DNA of 64,000 nt from the human T2T-CHM13v2.0 reference genome, Homo sapiens. Below the pieces are notes generated by a model, which was not told the origin of the DNA, made no database searches, and was given only the letters and a program-made list of their open reading frames with translations. The stretch's first letter is position 1. Each line of letters opens with the position of its first letter. The translations under genes and the position numbers were made by a program. The stretch lies in assembly GCF_009914755.1 (NCBI RefSeq), contig NC_060932.1; one strand, given 5' to 3'. Below are positions 26,890 through 41,219 of this stretch, one piece after another.

Positions 26890-26998
26890 TAGATGATGGG
26901 TTGATGGGTACAGCAAACCACCATGGTACATGTATACCTATGTAACAAACCTGCACGTTCTGCACATGTATCCCAGAACTTAAAGTATAATAAAAATA
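26890..26998 (+). mobile_element. Very short L1PA 3' end (L1PA7/8-like)
   Basis: gggttgatgggtacagcaaaccaccatgg...agaacttaaagtataat; TSD ATTTGGTAAAATG at 26877-26889 and 27002-27014. Confidence 0.9.
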
Positions 26999-27295
26999 AA
27001 CATTTGGTAAAATGGTCTTTATTAAAATTAAGAGCTCTTGTTATCAAAAGCAACCATGAATAGCGTTAAAAATTAAAATCATAGTGTAAGAGATAAACTT
27101 GCATTACTTATTTTAAAAAAGGTTAAATGAAGAGATATTTTAAAGTACAAATAAATGCCGCTTGAAATAATTAGAAAAAAATGATCTGAATATGTACTTT
27201 ATAATAGAGAATATTCAAATTATCATTAATCATAAGATAAGAATTTCACCTCATGAACAAAGAAATGCAAATTTAAATTACAACATTTTTAAGTT

Positions 27296-27970
27296 AGTAA
27301 CTGTGAAGTGTTATTTTACCCAATTTGCAAGCTAATGGGGAAGTCTGACACACAGAAAAATAAACATACAAACACACACACGTAGAAGAGAGAGAACGAC
27401 AGAGAGAGAAAGAGAGAGAGATTGATATCTGGGTTAAAAACAAAGACAGTTTATCACTCACAGCAAAAGCAGAAACCAAGTTAAAATTACACTGTTTCCT
27501 ACAGCCCCAATTCCCATAGGGAAAAGTGGTGAGTTCTAGCTGATAACTTTACATGTAGTGACAAGACGTTACAGGATGAAAAATACAAATTTGGGACACT
27601 CTGATCTTATGTAGTAGCTGCTAGTAAACTTGCTCATTCACCCTCTATTCCAGAGACAAATGTCAATTTCTTTACCCTGGAATATAAGCAAATATTTCTA
27701 GGGAGTGGGGGAAGGCACCCCTAACTTGATTACCCAAAAAAGTAAGCAAGAGTTTTTTCTGGGAGAAATATCTCTCAATATTTTAGAGAGAACTACTGTC
27801 TTTATCTTTACTGTCCAAAAAATAAAACAAATTGGCCTCAGAGAGATTTTCTGTCTCTGTTTCCAGGGCTGCATACAGATTCCAGAAAAGACAGTCTCAA
27901 AGCATGAAGGCTGTTTAATACCTGGATGTGTAGTACCTCCACAAATCTATGAAAAAATTGTCTTCCAACA
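27296..27970 (-). mobile_element. ERVL LTR of the MER54/MER73/MER74 group
   Basis: ttttacccaatttgcaagctaa...tttatcactcacagca...aattgtcttccaaca. Confidence 0.6.
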
Positions 27971-28387
27971 AATATAATACCAATCAAATAGAATAGTTAA
28001 ATTTGCAGAAAATGTCAAATCAAGTTTAGCTATAATATCAAAAAACTGGAAATTTCATGTACTGCTGATCCACCAAAACTGATTGACTACCTAAACTGAT
28101 TATAAGCATACTCTATTTTACAACAAAGCAATTCCATTCTTAGTAATATAACTTATAGAAATGAGCAAGATTATTCCAAAAGGTATGCAAAAGAAAGTTC
28201 AGAGCAACATTATGTGCAATAACTCTAAACTAGGAAAAAAAATACCTATCAATCAAAAGTAGATTTATTTATTTTATTTTTTCAAGTAAAGCGTGTTTAA
28301 TATGGAGCAGTAGAACATGGTTATATTACACCATTTAAAATGTTCTGTCATATGACTCTCCTGTAGTATATCTAATCATATATTTAA

Positions 28388-31152
28388 TTTTCTTATTCAA
28401 CCTGTAGGTTCAGGCGGTACATGTGCAGGTTTGTTACTTGGGTAAACTACATGTAACTGGGGTTTGGTGTTCAAATAATTTCATCACCCAGGTAACGAGC
28501 ATAGTGCCCAATTGGTAGTTTTTGACTCTCACCCTACTCCTACCCACCACCTTCAAGCACACCCCTGCACCTATTGTTCCATTCTTTGTGTCCATGTGTA
28601 TTCAATGTTTAGTTACCACTTTTAAGTGAGAACATGCAGTATTTGGTTCGCTGTTCCTGCATTTATTTGCTTAGGATAATGGTCTACAGGTGCATCCATA
28701 TTGCTGCAAAGGATGTAATTCCATTCCTTTTTATACCTGTGTAGTATTCCGTCATATATGTGTACCACATTTTCTTTATTCAGTCCACTGTTGATGAGCA
28801 TGTAGTTGCTACTGTGAATATTGCAGCAGTGAATATACGAGTGCTTGTGTCCTTTTGGTAGGGCAACTTATTAATATTTTCCTTTTGGTTTATATCACTA
28901 ATGAGATTCCTGGTTCGAATGGTAGTTCTAGTTTAAGTTACTTGGGAAATCTCCAAACTGCTTTCCACTGTGCCTGAACTAACTTACATCCCACCAGCAG
29001 TGTATAAGTGTTCCTTTTTCTCTGCAATCTCACTAGCATCTGATTTTTTTGACGTTTTAATGATAGTCATTCTGAACTGGTGTGAGATGGTATCTCATTG
29101 TAGTTTCAATTTGCATTTGTTTAATAATTAGTGATATTGACCATTTTTTCATATTCTTGTTGGCCCCATGAGTGTTTTCTTGAGGAGTGTTTATTCATAT
29201 CCTTTGCCCATCTTTAATGGAGTTACTGGTTTTTGCTTACTGATTTGTTTAAATCGCTTAAAAATTCCAGACATTACACCTTTGTCAGATACATAGCTTG
29301 CAAATATTTTCTCCCATTCTCTAGGTTGTCTGGTACTCTGTTAACAGTTTCTTTTGCTGTAGAGAAGCCCTTTAGTTTAATTAGGTCCCACTGGTCAATT
29401 TTTGTTTTTGTTGCAATTGCTTTTGGGGACTTAGCCAAGAATTCTTTGCCAGGGCCAATGTTGAGAAGGGTATTTCCTAGGTTTTCTTCTAGATGTTTTA
29501 TACTTTTAGGACTTACATTTAGGTCTTTAATCCATCTTGAGTTGACTTTTGTATATGGTGAAAGGAAAGGGTCAAGTTTCAATCTTCTGCATATGGCTAG
29601 CCAGCTATTCCAGCACCATTTATTGAATAGGGGGTGCTTTCTTCAGTGCTTATTATTGTCGGCTTTGTCAACAATCAGATAGTTGTGGGTGTGTGGTGTG
29701 GCTTTATTTCTGGGTTCTCTAACTGGTTCCATTGGTCTATTTCTTTTTCCAGTACCAGGCTATTTGGGTTACCGTAGCCTTGTAGTATAGTTTGAATTAG
29801 GTAATGTGGTGCCTACAGCTTTGTTATTTTTGCTTTGCATTTCTTTTGCTATTCAGTCTTCTTTTTTGTTTCCATATAAATTTTAGGATAGTTTTATCTA
29901 ATTCTGTAAAAAAAAAAATGATGTTGGTAGGTTGATAGAAACAACATTGCACCTGTAAATTACTTTGGGCGGTATGACCATTTTAACAATATTGATTCTT
30001 CCTATGCATGAGCATGAAATGCTTTTTCCTTTTGTTTGTGTAATCTCTGATTTCTTTTCAAAGGGTTTTGTAATTCTCATTGTAGATTTCTTTTACCTGC
30101 TTGGTTACTTGTATTTCTAGGTATTTTATTCTTTTTGTGGCTATTAAGAATGGGATTTCATTCTTGATTTTGCTGTCAGCCTGAATGATACTGTTGAATA
30201 GAAAAGCTACTGAATTAGTCTGGGCACGGTGGCTCACGCCTGTAATCCCAAGTAGAGGTTGCAGTGTGCTGAGATTGTGCCATTGCACTCTAGCTGGGGC
30301 AATAAGAGCGAAACTCCGATGAAAGAAAGGAAAAGAAAAGGAAGGAAGGAAGGAAGGAAGGAAGGAAGGAAGGAAGGAAGGAAGGAAAGAAAGAATTCTG
30401 CTGAATTGTGCCCATTGATTTTGATCCCAAAACTTTACTGAAGTTGCTTATCTGTTCTATAAGCCTTTTTGGGAGAAACTATGGTGTTTTCTAGGTATAG
30501 AATGATATCATCTGCGAAGTGAGATAGTCTGACTCCCTCCCTTTCTATTTGCATGTCTTTTACTTTTGTTTCTTTCTCTTGCTTGATTTCTCTGGCTAGG
30601 ACTTCCAGTGCTATGTTGAACAGGAGTGATGAGGATAGGCATATTTGACTTGTTCTGTTTCTCAAGGGGAATGCTTCCAGCTTTTGTCTATTCAGTATGG
30701 TGTTAGCTGTGAGTTTGTCATAGAGGCTCATTATTTCGAAGTATGATCATTCAATGCCTAGCTTGTTGAGGGTTTTTAAGATGAAGCAATGTTGAATTTT
30801 ATTGAAAACATTTTCTGCATCTATTGAGATGATCATGTGGTTTTCTTTTTAGTTCTATGTATGTGATTAATCATATTTATTGATTTGTGTATGTTGAGCC
30901 AAACTTGCATTTTCAGAGTAAAGCCTACTTGGTCATTGTGAATTAGCTTTTGAATGCACTTGCTGGTTTCAATTTGCTAGTATTTAGTTGAGCATTTCTG
31001 TGTCTACGTTCATCAGGGATATTGGCCTGAAACTTTCTTTTTTCATTATGTATCTGCCATGTTTTGGTATCAGAATGATTCTGGCCTTATAGAATGAATT
31101 AGAGAGGAGTCCCAGTTCCTCAATTTTTTGGAATAATTTCTGTAGGATTAAT
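28388..31152 (-). mobile_element. 5'-truncated L1PA15-like element
   Basis: L1PA15-type 3'UTR; ORF2 peptides [22 protein letters not shown] and RT-domain [14 protein letters not shown]. Confidence 0.9.
30218..30390 (+). mobile_element. Internally deleted Alu with (GGAA)n tail
   Basis: First about 33 nt of the left arm fused to agaggttgcagtg... of the right arm; degenerate TSD ctactgaatt/ctgctgaatt. Confidence 0.85.
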
Positions 31153-31154
31153 AC

Positions 31155-31578
31155 CTTTGGGTATATACTCTGTAATGGGATTGCTGGGTGGACTGGTAGT
31201 TTTATTTTAAGTTCTTAGAGAAATCTCCAAATTGCTTCCCACTGTGGCTGAACTAATTTACATTACCACCAAAAGTATGTAAATGTCCCCTGTTCTCCAC
31301 AGCCCCACCAACTCTGGTAATTTCTCAACATTCTAACTGGCGTGAGATGGTATCTCATTGTAGTTTTGATTTGCATTTCTCTGATGTATAGTGATGGTGA
31401 GCATTTTTTCATATGGTTGTTGGCTGCTTAGATGTCTTCTTTTGAGAATTGTTTGTTCATGTACTTTGCCCTCTTTTTAAGGGGGTTGTTTGTTTTTTTG
31501 CTTGTTGAATTGATTAAGTTCCTTATAGATCTGGTTAGAATAGACCTTTGTCTGATGCATAGCTTGCAAATATTTTTA
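31155..31578 (-). mobile_element. Second L1PA-type ORF2 C-terminal fragment with no tail
   Basis: ctttgggtatatactctgtaatgggattgctggg...gcaaatattttt; covers the same L1 coordinates as about 28880-29310. Confidence 0.85.
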
Positions 31579-31579
31579 A

Positions 31580-31885
31580 ACTTCCAGAGTTCACCTGGAT
31601 TACTTGGCCCCTGGCCACTTAGTTTATCTTCCAAGTTACAATCACTGGTTGAGTTTTATTGTCATATTACATTATACTGACGCTCTTCTTCTATAATTAA
31701 ATCTCCTTCTTTTCCTCTTATAAGGACCCTTGTGATTACATTGGGCCCATGTGGATAATTCAGGATAACTTCTTTAACTTAATATCCTTAATTTTAATCC
31801 CATCTGCAAAGTCCTTTTTACTAGACACAGTAACATATTCACAGGTTCCGGGGATTAGGACATGAGTAGCTTGGGTCAGCACAGG
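31580..31885 (-). mobile_element. MLT1C/D LTR, partial
   Basis: ttataaggacccttgtgattacattgggccc...acatattcacaggttccggggattaggacatg. Confidence 0.8.
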
Positions 31886-32439
31886 GAGGCATTTGTTAGC
31901 TTTTTGTACTTTCTTTTCCTTTTACTTAGCTCATTTAAATCAGAAGCTCATTTTTAATACAATTTTTGAACAGAAATTTTCACAGAGGAGTGGAAATCTG
32001 AAAGAATGTTGGAACTAAAGGGAAACTAAACTGTGATTGTTACTGTCTTGGAGAGGAGAAAGATTGAAAGGTGAAAGGAACCTGGTTACTTCTAGGAGAA
32101 GAGAAAGTATATACTACTTCACCTGTCTAGGAACACATAAGGATGTCTTTGATATGAAGCCAGTTTAAAAGAAACCTTGTTTAGCATTCCATTTTGTGAG
32201 CAGTTGAGGCCCACAAAATCTTCAAATTTTAGCAACTATTACAGATTTGTCCAAAATAATAAAAGTGTTTTTTCTACAAAGAATACAGACGTAGTAGTTT
32301 TATTTTAGGTTTTTGAAAGTAAAAATATGGTAAACCAAGAATCATGGATCAATACATAGCCCCAGCTTTCAAATGTGATAAAATAGTAATTTTAAATTTC
32401 ATTATGCTCATATACTGGGATGAATTGTTTAACAATAGC

Positions 32440-32730
32440 ATATGTTCATTTTCTGTTTGGATTGTTTTCTATCCAGCTGTGAGAGTTCTCTTTATATTCT
32501 AAATACTAGTCCTTTGTTGGATATGTGATTTGCAAATATTTTCTCCTATTCTATAGCTTGTCTTTTTATCCATTTAGTAAGTATTTCAAAAAAGGAATTT
32601 AAAAAAATTTTGATGAGGTTCAATTTCTCATATTTCTTTCATGGATAATGCTTTTGGTGTCAACTCTAGAAACTTTTCACCTAGCCTTAGATTCCGGGAT
32701 TTTTTTTGCAATTTTTTGAAATTTGTTTAC
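32440..32730 (-). mobile_element. Old L1M ORF2 3' fragment
   Basis: ttctctttatattctaaatactagtcctttgttggatatgtgatttgcaaatattttctcc. Confidence 0.75.
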
Positions 32731-32840
32731 ATAGTCTTATTTGCAGAAACATTAACTGTTACCTCAGAGTCATTACAGCTCCATGTTTTTGACTGCTGTT
32801 TACTTTGGCACAGGAAAATCTGCTAATTCAATCAAGTATC

Positions 32841-33653
<813 letters not shown>

Positions 33654-34522
33654 GTATCTGTAAATGTCAACAAAACTGTTGAGCAGAATTCAGTTATTTC
33701 AACTAATCTCTTGGCATTTTGTAGGAATAGACACAACAAAGAAAGATCATAATATTTTAATTTTGAAAACTTCATATGACTTTCCTTCCCACTTGAAATA
33801 AGCTTCGTCACTTGATAGCCTTAGTTTTGGTTGCTACAGAAAGATGCACTCAGAAATTTGCTAGTGTTACTCGCTTCAGCTGGGATTAATAAATAGAAAG
33901 CCTCAGCTATTATTTGTTTTTCTTCCTTTTCCTGTCCCATAATACACAGCAATTTCTAAGCAAGCAGTGGCAGAGCAACCTAGGGGAAAATGTACCTTTC
34001 TAGTGTTAAAGCTTTTCTCCCGGGAGGTTTTAACCAGAGATATGAAAACCATACTGAGAAAGAAACACAAGGTGATAACAAAACAAGAAAAGGGCATGTT
34101 AACACTACTCCGTAAAAACAATCCTATTAACCTGAGGTGAAAATAAACCTTGGACCATGTTGCTGAATATCCAAACTCTTCTGCTTAAATGGAGTTGTCA
34201 ACTATAAAACAACCTTCTAGTAATGTTAGCTACATCAAATACTACCTACTAAGATAATACATTTTAAAGAAATTCTTTTAGCATGTTGGACTGGGTTTGT
34301 CTCATTACATGCCAAGTATAATATCTACTTTATTTTACATATATTTTGAGTGTAGGAAAATGGAAAATAAAAATGATTGTCCATATATTTTTCAAAACAT
34401 TTAAGGAGAAAATAAGCTTGGCCTCCATTGGTATTTAAATTTGACATCAATATTGTAATCTTAAAATTGAATTTTTTCTCGTTTTATACAAGAAACTAGG
34501 TAATTTTACTTAATAAATACCG

Positions 34523-34582
34523 CTATCTAATTGAACTTAGTCTATCTAATTGAACTTAGTCTATCTAATTGAACTTAGTCTA
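34523..34582. repeat. Perfect 19-bp tandem triplication CTATCTAATTGAACTTAGT
   Basis: Three identical units starting at 34523, 34542 and 34561, plus CTA. Confidence 0.97.
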
Positions 34583-34702
34583 CAAAAGTAGACATTTTGT
34601 AGAATCTTATCATATTGATTTCTTACATATCACCAAAAAACTGCAATACAATTAAGTTAGTTTTAAATTAAAACTGTATTTTGCAGATTTAAGTACATAT
34701 TT

Positions 34703-34930
34703 ATTAAATAAATATTTATGGAGCATTTATTATATTTCCCATTGTGGATACAGCAGAGAAAATAGCCTCTTTCTTAAAACTTATATTCTAATGAGGGAAA
34801 AACACAAATAAACCCATAATACTATACAATATTATGTGAGATTATAAAATGAAGAAATTTAAAGCATAGTAAAAAAATAGACAAGGAAGGGACATCTGTT
34901 TTCATAGTCAGCAAAGTTATCTCAGTTATA
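34703..34930 (-). mobile_element. L2 3' end relic
   Basis: aaataaatatttatggagcatttattat...ggatacagcagag...cttatattctaatgaggg. Confidence 0.55.
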
Positions 34931-36904
34931 ACCTTTTTATTACCTTGTTGGCATACAGCAGTCACAGACAATATGCAATTAAAATTTTTTATAAATAAGT
35001 AATATTCATTTACAAGACTCAGGCAACAGAGACACAGATAATGAACCAAAGCCTATTTTTATTCTAAAATAGTTTGTTTTATATATTAGTAAGAAGATGT
35101 TATAAAATTATACTGTAACTAGTGCACTTCAAAATATATTCTACTAAATACACAATAAAACTTCAAAATTGAAGTAATCTTAACTAGTCACAAAATTAAA
35201 ACTGTCACCTATCACATTTAATTTTTGTTTTTATCTTAAAGCAGTTTTAAATATGAAAAATATTAATTTCTATGTATAATGAATCCACGACTGAGGTGTT
35301 CAGCTATTTTATTATTTTGAAAAAAAAACACAAATGCCTCAAGCTAGAATAAAAATTCAGATAGCCACCATTATTTCAAATCAACTGTGTTTTTACCCAA
35401 AGATCTAGCACTTTTAAATGGGAAAGTGAAGGATATAAATGAAAAGGAACAGTTGCAGAAGTTCAATGAAAATTGGGCAAAAGTTATGTGTTAAATCTGT
35501 ATTTGAAGCTGTTGTGTTCATGCAAAGGTTTTATCCTTTCCGTGATTATCAGTTCTGTTATGAGTACACAGAAGACATATGATACAGAAATGGGTCCCCA
35601 GCTCTCATCATATCTTCCTGGAAAATTAATATAGGGTCCAATGTACTGGGCATTGAGAATACAAAAATTAATGGAAAATTCTTTTATATCAATAGCTAAT
35701 AAGCTACTGATGAATTGGCAGATAGTTTTCATCTTATTTGCTTAGTTCAATCTATTTTCAATAAACACTTGGAGCTCATCATGAAAAAATTATTTCAATT
35801 CCACCCATAGTGGGGTTTCCTTTTTAAAATTATAATATCAATTATGGGTAAGGTGTTTTATATCTGTTGTATATTTGGTGAATATATATATATTTGTCTT
35901 GTGTCATCTTTACCCAACCTAGTCTATGTAGTATATGCAGTTATTTTTTTAATGTCTATATGAACTAAAATTTAAAAACTTTTTAGAAACTCACTATAGA
36001 ATGATAGTGAAAGAATTTCATTTTACTGAATCAGACAACTATATTTATGAAGATTTAGGAAACAGAGAGGAGCGTGTGAAATGAGAAGAGAGACACAGAT
36101 ATTATTCATTGTAATTAATAACTGCCTGCAGTCTAACATGTATCCTACAAGGTGAAAATAATTTTATTGTTGTTCTTAATAAAAATGTCCAACAAATCCC
36201 TTCAGAGGTTTTATTCATACCTGAGTAAATTCTTCATAATGATTCAGTTTCATCATGTAATTAGAATGGGATTTACCATTAACATCCCAAAATTATATAA
36301 TTAATTACACTCAGCTTCAATTACAATTACTAATTGATACAAGGCCTCTAGCTTAACTCCTAGAGGTAATCAATTTTACAATAGGCATTTTGAACAAGTG
36401 GTTAGATCACATTGGCCTACTAGTTCATATGAACTGGCTAATTGACAAAATTTTGTTTTGCTAAAAATCTCAAGAAAACAATACCAGGAAATTCTGCAGG
36501 CAAAATTTCTCCCAAAGTTATTTATTCATGTGATTTTCACCTGGATAAAAAAGGTTCTTTCTTTGGTTGTCAGCACTTCCAATAGTCTTAACTATGTTCT
36601 ATCCTTTAAGTCCTTCTCTAGTTTTTCTCCTATTCATTTTCCTGTAAATGTAAGGTAGAATATTCTACCCAAGTTGATCTATTTATTTTTCGGGTTCTTT
36701 CATGTCATCAGTGCCAGCTGTAGTTTGCTGGAATTTCACTTATGGTATAAATAAATAATAAGAGGCGCAGAAATAAAATTTATTTTTCAGCATCCCCAAA
36801 TTTCAAGGAATAATATGGTTAACCTTAATTATGGTAAAAAGGTAGATCTTTTTTTTTTCTTTTGCAGTTTTTAAGTTCCTGGGTTGAAGCATTCGATTTT
36901 GAAT

Positions 36905-36985
36905 TTGGGGGCACTTATGTATCACTGGATATGTTTCTTACAATACAGATACCTGAACACACAGAGAATCTGATTCAGAGACCCA
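36905..36985. mobile_element. MER5-like hAT relic
   Basis: aatacagatacctgaacac...agagaatctgattcag. Confidence 0.4.
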
Positions 36986-37751
36986 TAGCCTGTGGAGCAC
37001 AATTTTAGAAATCCTGACCTAAGATAGAAAGATATTGTTACAGGTACCAGGAATTTGAGGCCCTTCGGTAACTTCAAAATTCAAACTGACAAAATTTATC
37101 TGACTTGTATGAGCTGTGGGTTTTTATTTTACCTGCGATGCCAAAACATCACATTAGGAGAGGAACACTGTTCCTTAAGCTTGGTTAAATGATGAAAACC
37201 TTAACCAATATTTGAATAAATTCTTATTAAACCTTTTCCAGTGTATCATTTTAAAGTGTTCTCCTTAGTTCAATTATTTTTCAGCAACCCATTACCAATA
37301 TGATATGAATGGGGTTGAGAAAGAAACATTGATAAACAAGAATATATAAGAAAATATTGGCCTTCAGTTCAGAAATTTGAACACGGTTTCCTTGTAGTTT
37401 TGGTTTACCCAAGTGATGAAAAAATGGTTGTCTACTAGGCAACTTAAACCTGAGACCTGCCTCAAATCACATGTATAAGAAAATAGTAATAGCATGCACA
37501 GTTAAATTAAAATGAGTATATACTTAAAATATATGTAACTTTAAAAACATTCTAAGTGTAAAGAAACATACAGATAAGAGTCACTGTGTACCTAAACCTA
37601 ATTTGTAACATGTAAGTTAGAGCCACAGACTCAAAATTAAAGCCCTCAATAATATATGTACTCATAATTTGTTTTATGTTACAAATTATGCAGATATTTA
37701 ATAAATATTCAGGCTTTTTGCATAAAATTGAAAGATCTCAACTATTGTAAA

Positions 37752-37795
37752 ATACACACACACACACACACACATATATATACACACACACACGT
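37752..37795. repeat. (CA)n/(TA)n microsatellite
   Basis: Read directly. Confidence 0.9.
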
Positions 37796-38759
37796 GTTTA
37801 TATACAGCCTACATATATACTTTATAAAAAGTTTGTAAATATTTCAATATATATGTACTGTTTTTCAATAGCATTAAATTTATGGAGTATATAGAACTAC
37901 ATTATAAAAGTTATTTAAACATTATAATACTACTATTAGTAGATGTGTCTGTGTGTATGTGAGGATAAAATATTTCATTTAGAACTTGTTTGGGTGCGTG
38001 TGACAGGAAACCTGAAAAAATTGTCTTAAATAAAATAAAGTTACTGACTCTTATAAATGAAAACCAGGACTACAGTTATATATTCAAGTACAGCCATATT
38101 AACTGTTGAAAGAGATACATGATTTGGATTCAATATATCTGTTGACTTGACTTTCTTTACCTCAATGTGTTTACTTATTTTCTTAACCATGTGGAAGTTT
38201 GATGGTTGTAAATTCTGTTTTTAGTATCAGAGGTTAAAACCCAACAAGAGTTATTAATGATGGTTATTCTGACATTACATGTGGGATCTGAATTGTTTAA
38301 TTTAGCTTGTTTTATGAACCTAGCCTTGAACCCCTTACTATGAACAGGGAAATATCATTAGGGTGAAAAAAGCAAGCCTCCTACATCAATGATAGTCTAG
38401 GATTTTCAAGGATAATGAGTAGATTTTTAGCAAGTTTAACTAAATGGGCCATTCCTTTTAAAATGTAGGAAACTTCAAAAGAAAAAAATTTTTAGAATGT
38501 TACCATATTATCTATTATAACCATTTTGAGTTTTAGAGGTTTGATAGCATCAAGTGCTATATTAAGTACAATGTTAGCTGTATGATCTGGAGTGTTGAAG
38601 AAATTATACACTAAAAAATATAAACTTGAAAATCATCAGCATAAATGTAATTTAAAGTTTGGATTAAAACATTAGGCCCTGAAATGTTTATAAGAATGTT
38701 GAAGAAGCACTAGTAAAAGAAGGCAAAGAAACAAAAACAGAGGAGTGTTAATTCCATGG

Positions 38760-39109
38760 ATGCTGATATCAACCATTTCCTCCTCTACCGGACACATGGT
38801 AGAAATTACTTCCTGGGCCATTCTGTTGGGTGATGCTGGGTGGCTGGTTTTATCAAAGCAGCCTTGTGCCTATTTGTGAACTGTAGCATTTTGTTGGCAT
38901 ATGGTACTCTAAGATTCTCTCTCTCTTTCCTTCTCCCCAAGAAATAGCACCTTAATGATGCCAGTTACTCATTATAACTGCCTGGATCCATGAGTAACTC
39001 CAGTGAGCACAATTTCTCTGCTAACCAGCAATGGACAAGTAATTTGAATAAGATATAAATGTGTGTTGATATTTATAACTGTATAACCATGCCTATCCTG
39101 GCTGAAACA
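38760..39109 (+). mobile_element. MLT1J-like MaLR LTR
   Basis: gcctggatccatgagtaactccagtgagca...caatggaca...gcctatcctggctgaaaca. Confidence 0.6.
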
Positions 39110-40908
39110 TGCTGTGTTTCAGCTACAAATGGAAATATATTCAAAGGAGCATGTAAAAAACAGTCTATTAAAGCAAATTGAAAATCAAAACCTATCCATC
39201 AGATGGCTTATCAAAAGTTAAGTGTCAGCAATTATACAGATATAGATACTGAAGTAAAATATGAAAAGTTTAAATATTTTACATTCTTTGTTGTTTGTTT
39301 ATTATTCTGGGAGATTGTTAAGAATTCTGGGAGTTATTAAATAAAAATATATTACTAATAGCTTGAAGTTTGTAGCTTTGTATTTGTTACTTATATTGTG
39401 ATCAATAAGGAAAGTGCTCTTCATATAAATAACATCAAATTAAATAACAATTACAAACATTTTACCAACACTGCTTTGAGTAATCTAAAAAAAAAATCCC
39501 TCTGCAATAAGCCGGAATGGCCACTGGAGGTCAGGATTATGTTATGCCTATTGATTATTTACTTTTGGTTAGTAGTTTCCTGTAGATATCTCAAAATTTA
39601 GAAACCTATATTTTTAAAGAAAAACTTCGAGCAAAAATAAAACAGCCATATTATCTTAAGATTGTTTATGTTTAGTAAATCCAATATTTAAATTCACTTA
39701 AAACCTAACAAGATTTGTTTTATGTCTTTGACACTGAATTTCAAAGTATTCAATGGTATTTTAAAATACCCAGAGCACTTATTTTTCTTTGTTTTAATAT
39801 GCCTATTTCAGTAATTTGGACATTGCCACTTTAACCAGTAGGAATATTCAAAATTGAAGTTTCTTGTTATCTGTTGAAATTACCAAATTAAGATTATTCT
39901 AAAACTGGTCAACTAATTCATAAATATAATTTGACATTTCAAAATTATTTTTAAAAAATTGTATTTGCCTTAATAGATTTATCATATTGTTTCATAGAAA
40001 CTGTAAATTTTATGAATATTTCAGTATGAGTTTTTAAGAATAGTATGTGATGAATGATAAACTGATTTATCTAAATGATAGAAGTAAAAACAATGAACTT
40101 TTTTAACTAGAAAAAAATATTGAGTTAAATATATTACATTGGATTTCTGGATTTGAGACCACAGCTATTTGTAGTGCTTCATGCCATTCTCACTACCAAT
40201 AAAAATGTACATTCTTTCTGAGTATATCTGCGATTTTGTTCTCTGAGCAATACTGAGTCTAAATTACCATATGATAATAAAATAGGCATTATGTACATTT
40301 TTCACCTTTTGGTGACTGGAGCTTGATCGATTCGTTTCTTTTAAAATTTCTTAGAGAAAATTGTGCTTATTAATTTTCTGAGACACTAGTTATTAAAGTA
40401 TTTTATCCATATATCTTCTTTCCTTAAGTATTCAGAATATTTTATTGACTTTTAATATTTACTTAAAATGAATAAATACGTATATTAGCATAGTATATAA
40501 AGATAGCACTAGTTTATTTAAAGTTATTAAAGAAAATCTTATTAAACTTGCAGATTCAATGTAATTTTAGACAAATTTTTAATGTTTTTACTCAACTTTT
40601 TACCTTGAATTCCTCAAGTTTTCATTCACAAATTTTACTTTGAATGTATGTTTACTTGGTTAAGTAATCTGAGTAATATCACTTACAGAAATGCTCCACG
40701 TTTATACTCTACATTTAGTTTTTTTCATATGATGATGAAAGTTTTACTATAATTTGAGAAATCAACTATATATCACATGAAAGTGTCAAAATTGCCGGAA
40801 TTTATATTATGTATGGAAAGTCACTTCATGTGGGATCTATATGCAAGAAGTTTGATGTGGATGGGATTCCATAAACCTTGGATATGCAGAACATCAAGGA
40901 AGTTTGTC

Positions 40909-41219
40909 TTGTCAGCCCTGGGTGTCCATGGAGGATGGGTTTTAGGACTGCTCACTAATACTGAAATCCAAGCATGCTCAAATCTCTCATATAAAATGGT
41001 GTGCTATTTGCATACAACTTACTCACAGCCTCCCATATACTTTAAATCATCTCTAGATTACTTATAACATCTAATACAATCTAAATGCTATGAAAAGCAT
41101 TGCTATCCTATATTTTTTAAAATTGTATTTTTGTTGTATTGTTTATTTTTTAAAATATTTTTGATTTGAGGTTGGTTTAAACTTCAGATGTTGAACTCGT
41201 CGACATGAGAGACCAACCA
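40909..41219. mobile_element. MER2 (TcMar-Tigger nonautonomous element)
   Basis: tataaaatggtgtgctatttgcatacaac...tactttaaatcatctctagattacttataa. Confidence 0.88.

Larger units (their letters stand above)
25350..28262 (+). mobile_element. Ancient L1M/L1ME ORF2 to 3' end, heavily decayed, split by younger elements
   Basis: cacaacttatcaaaactgacagaa; aacttcccaactc; aactggaaaggaagaaa; aaagaaatgcaaatttaaa; aaagcaattccattcttag. Confidence 0.7.

Noticed and set aside
34523-34582. CRISPR-like array
   Set aside because: Units are contiguous with no spacers, in a eukaryotic context
36848-37050. Possible exon: polypyrimidine plus CAG acceptor near 36867 and CAG/GTACC donor near 37043
   Set aside because: Weak donor, no coherent ORF, overlaps a MER5-like relic; such sites are common by chance
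39304-39340. Imperfect 20-bp tandem duplication (similar small ones near 11300, 26230 and 51562)
   Set aside because: Ordinary slippage micro-duplications
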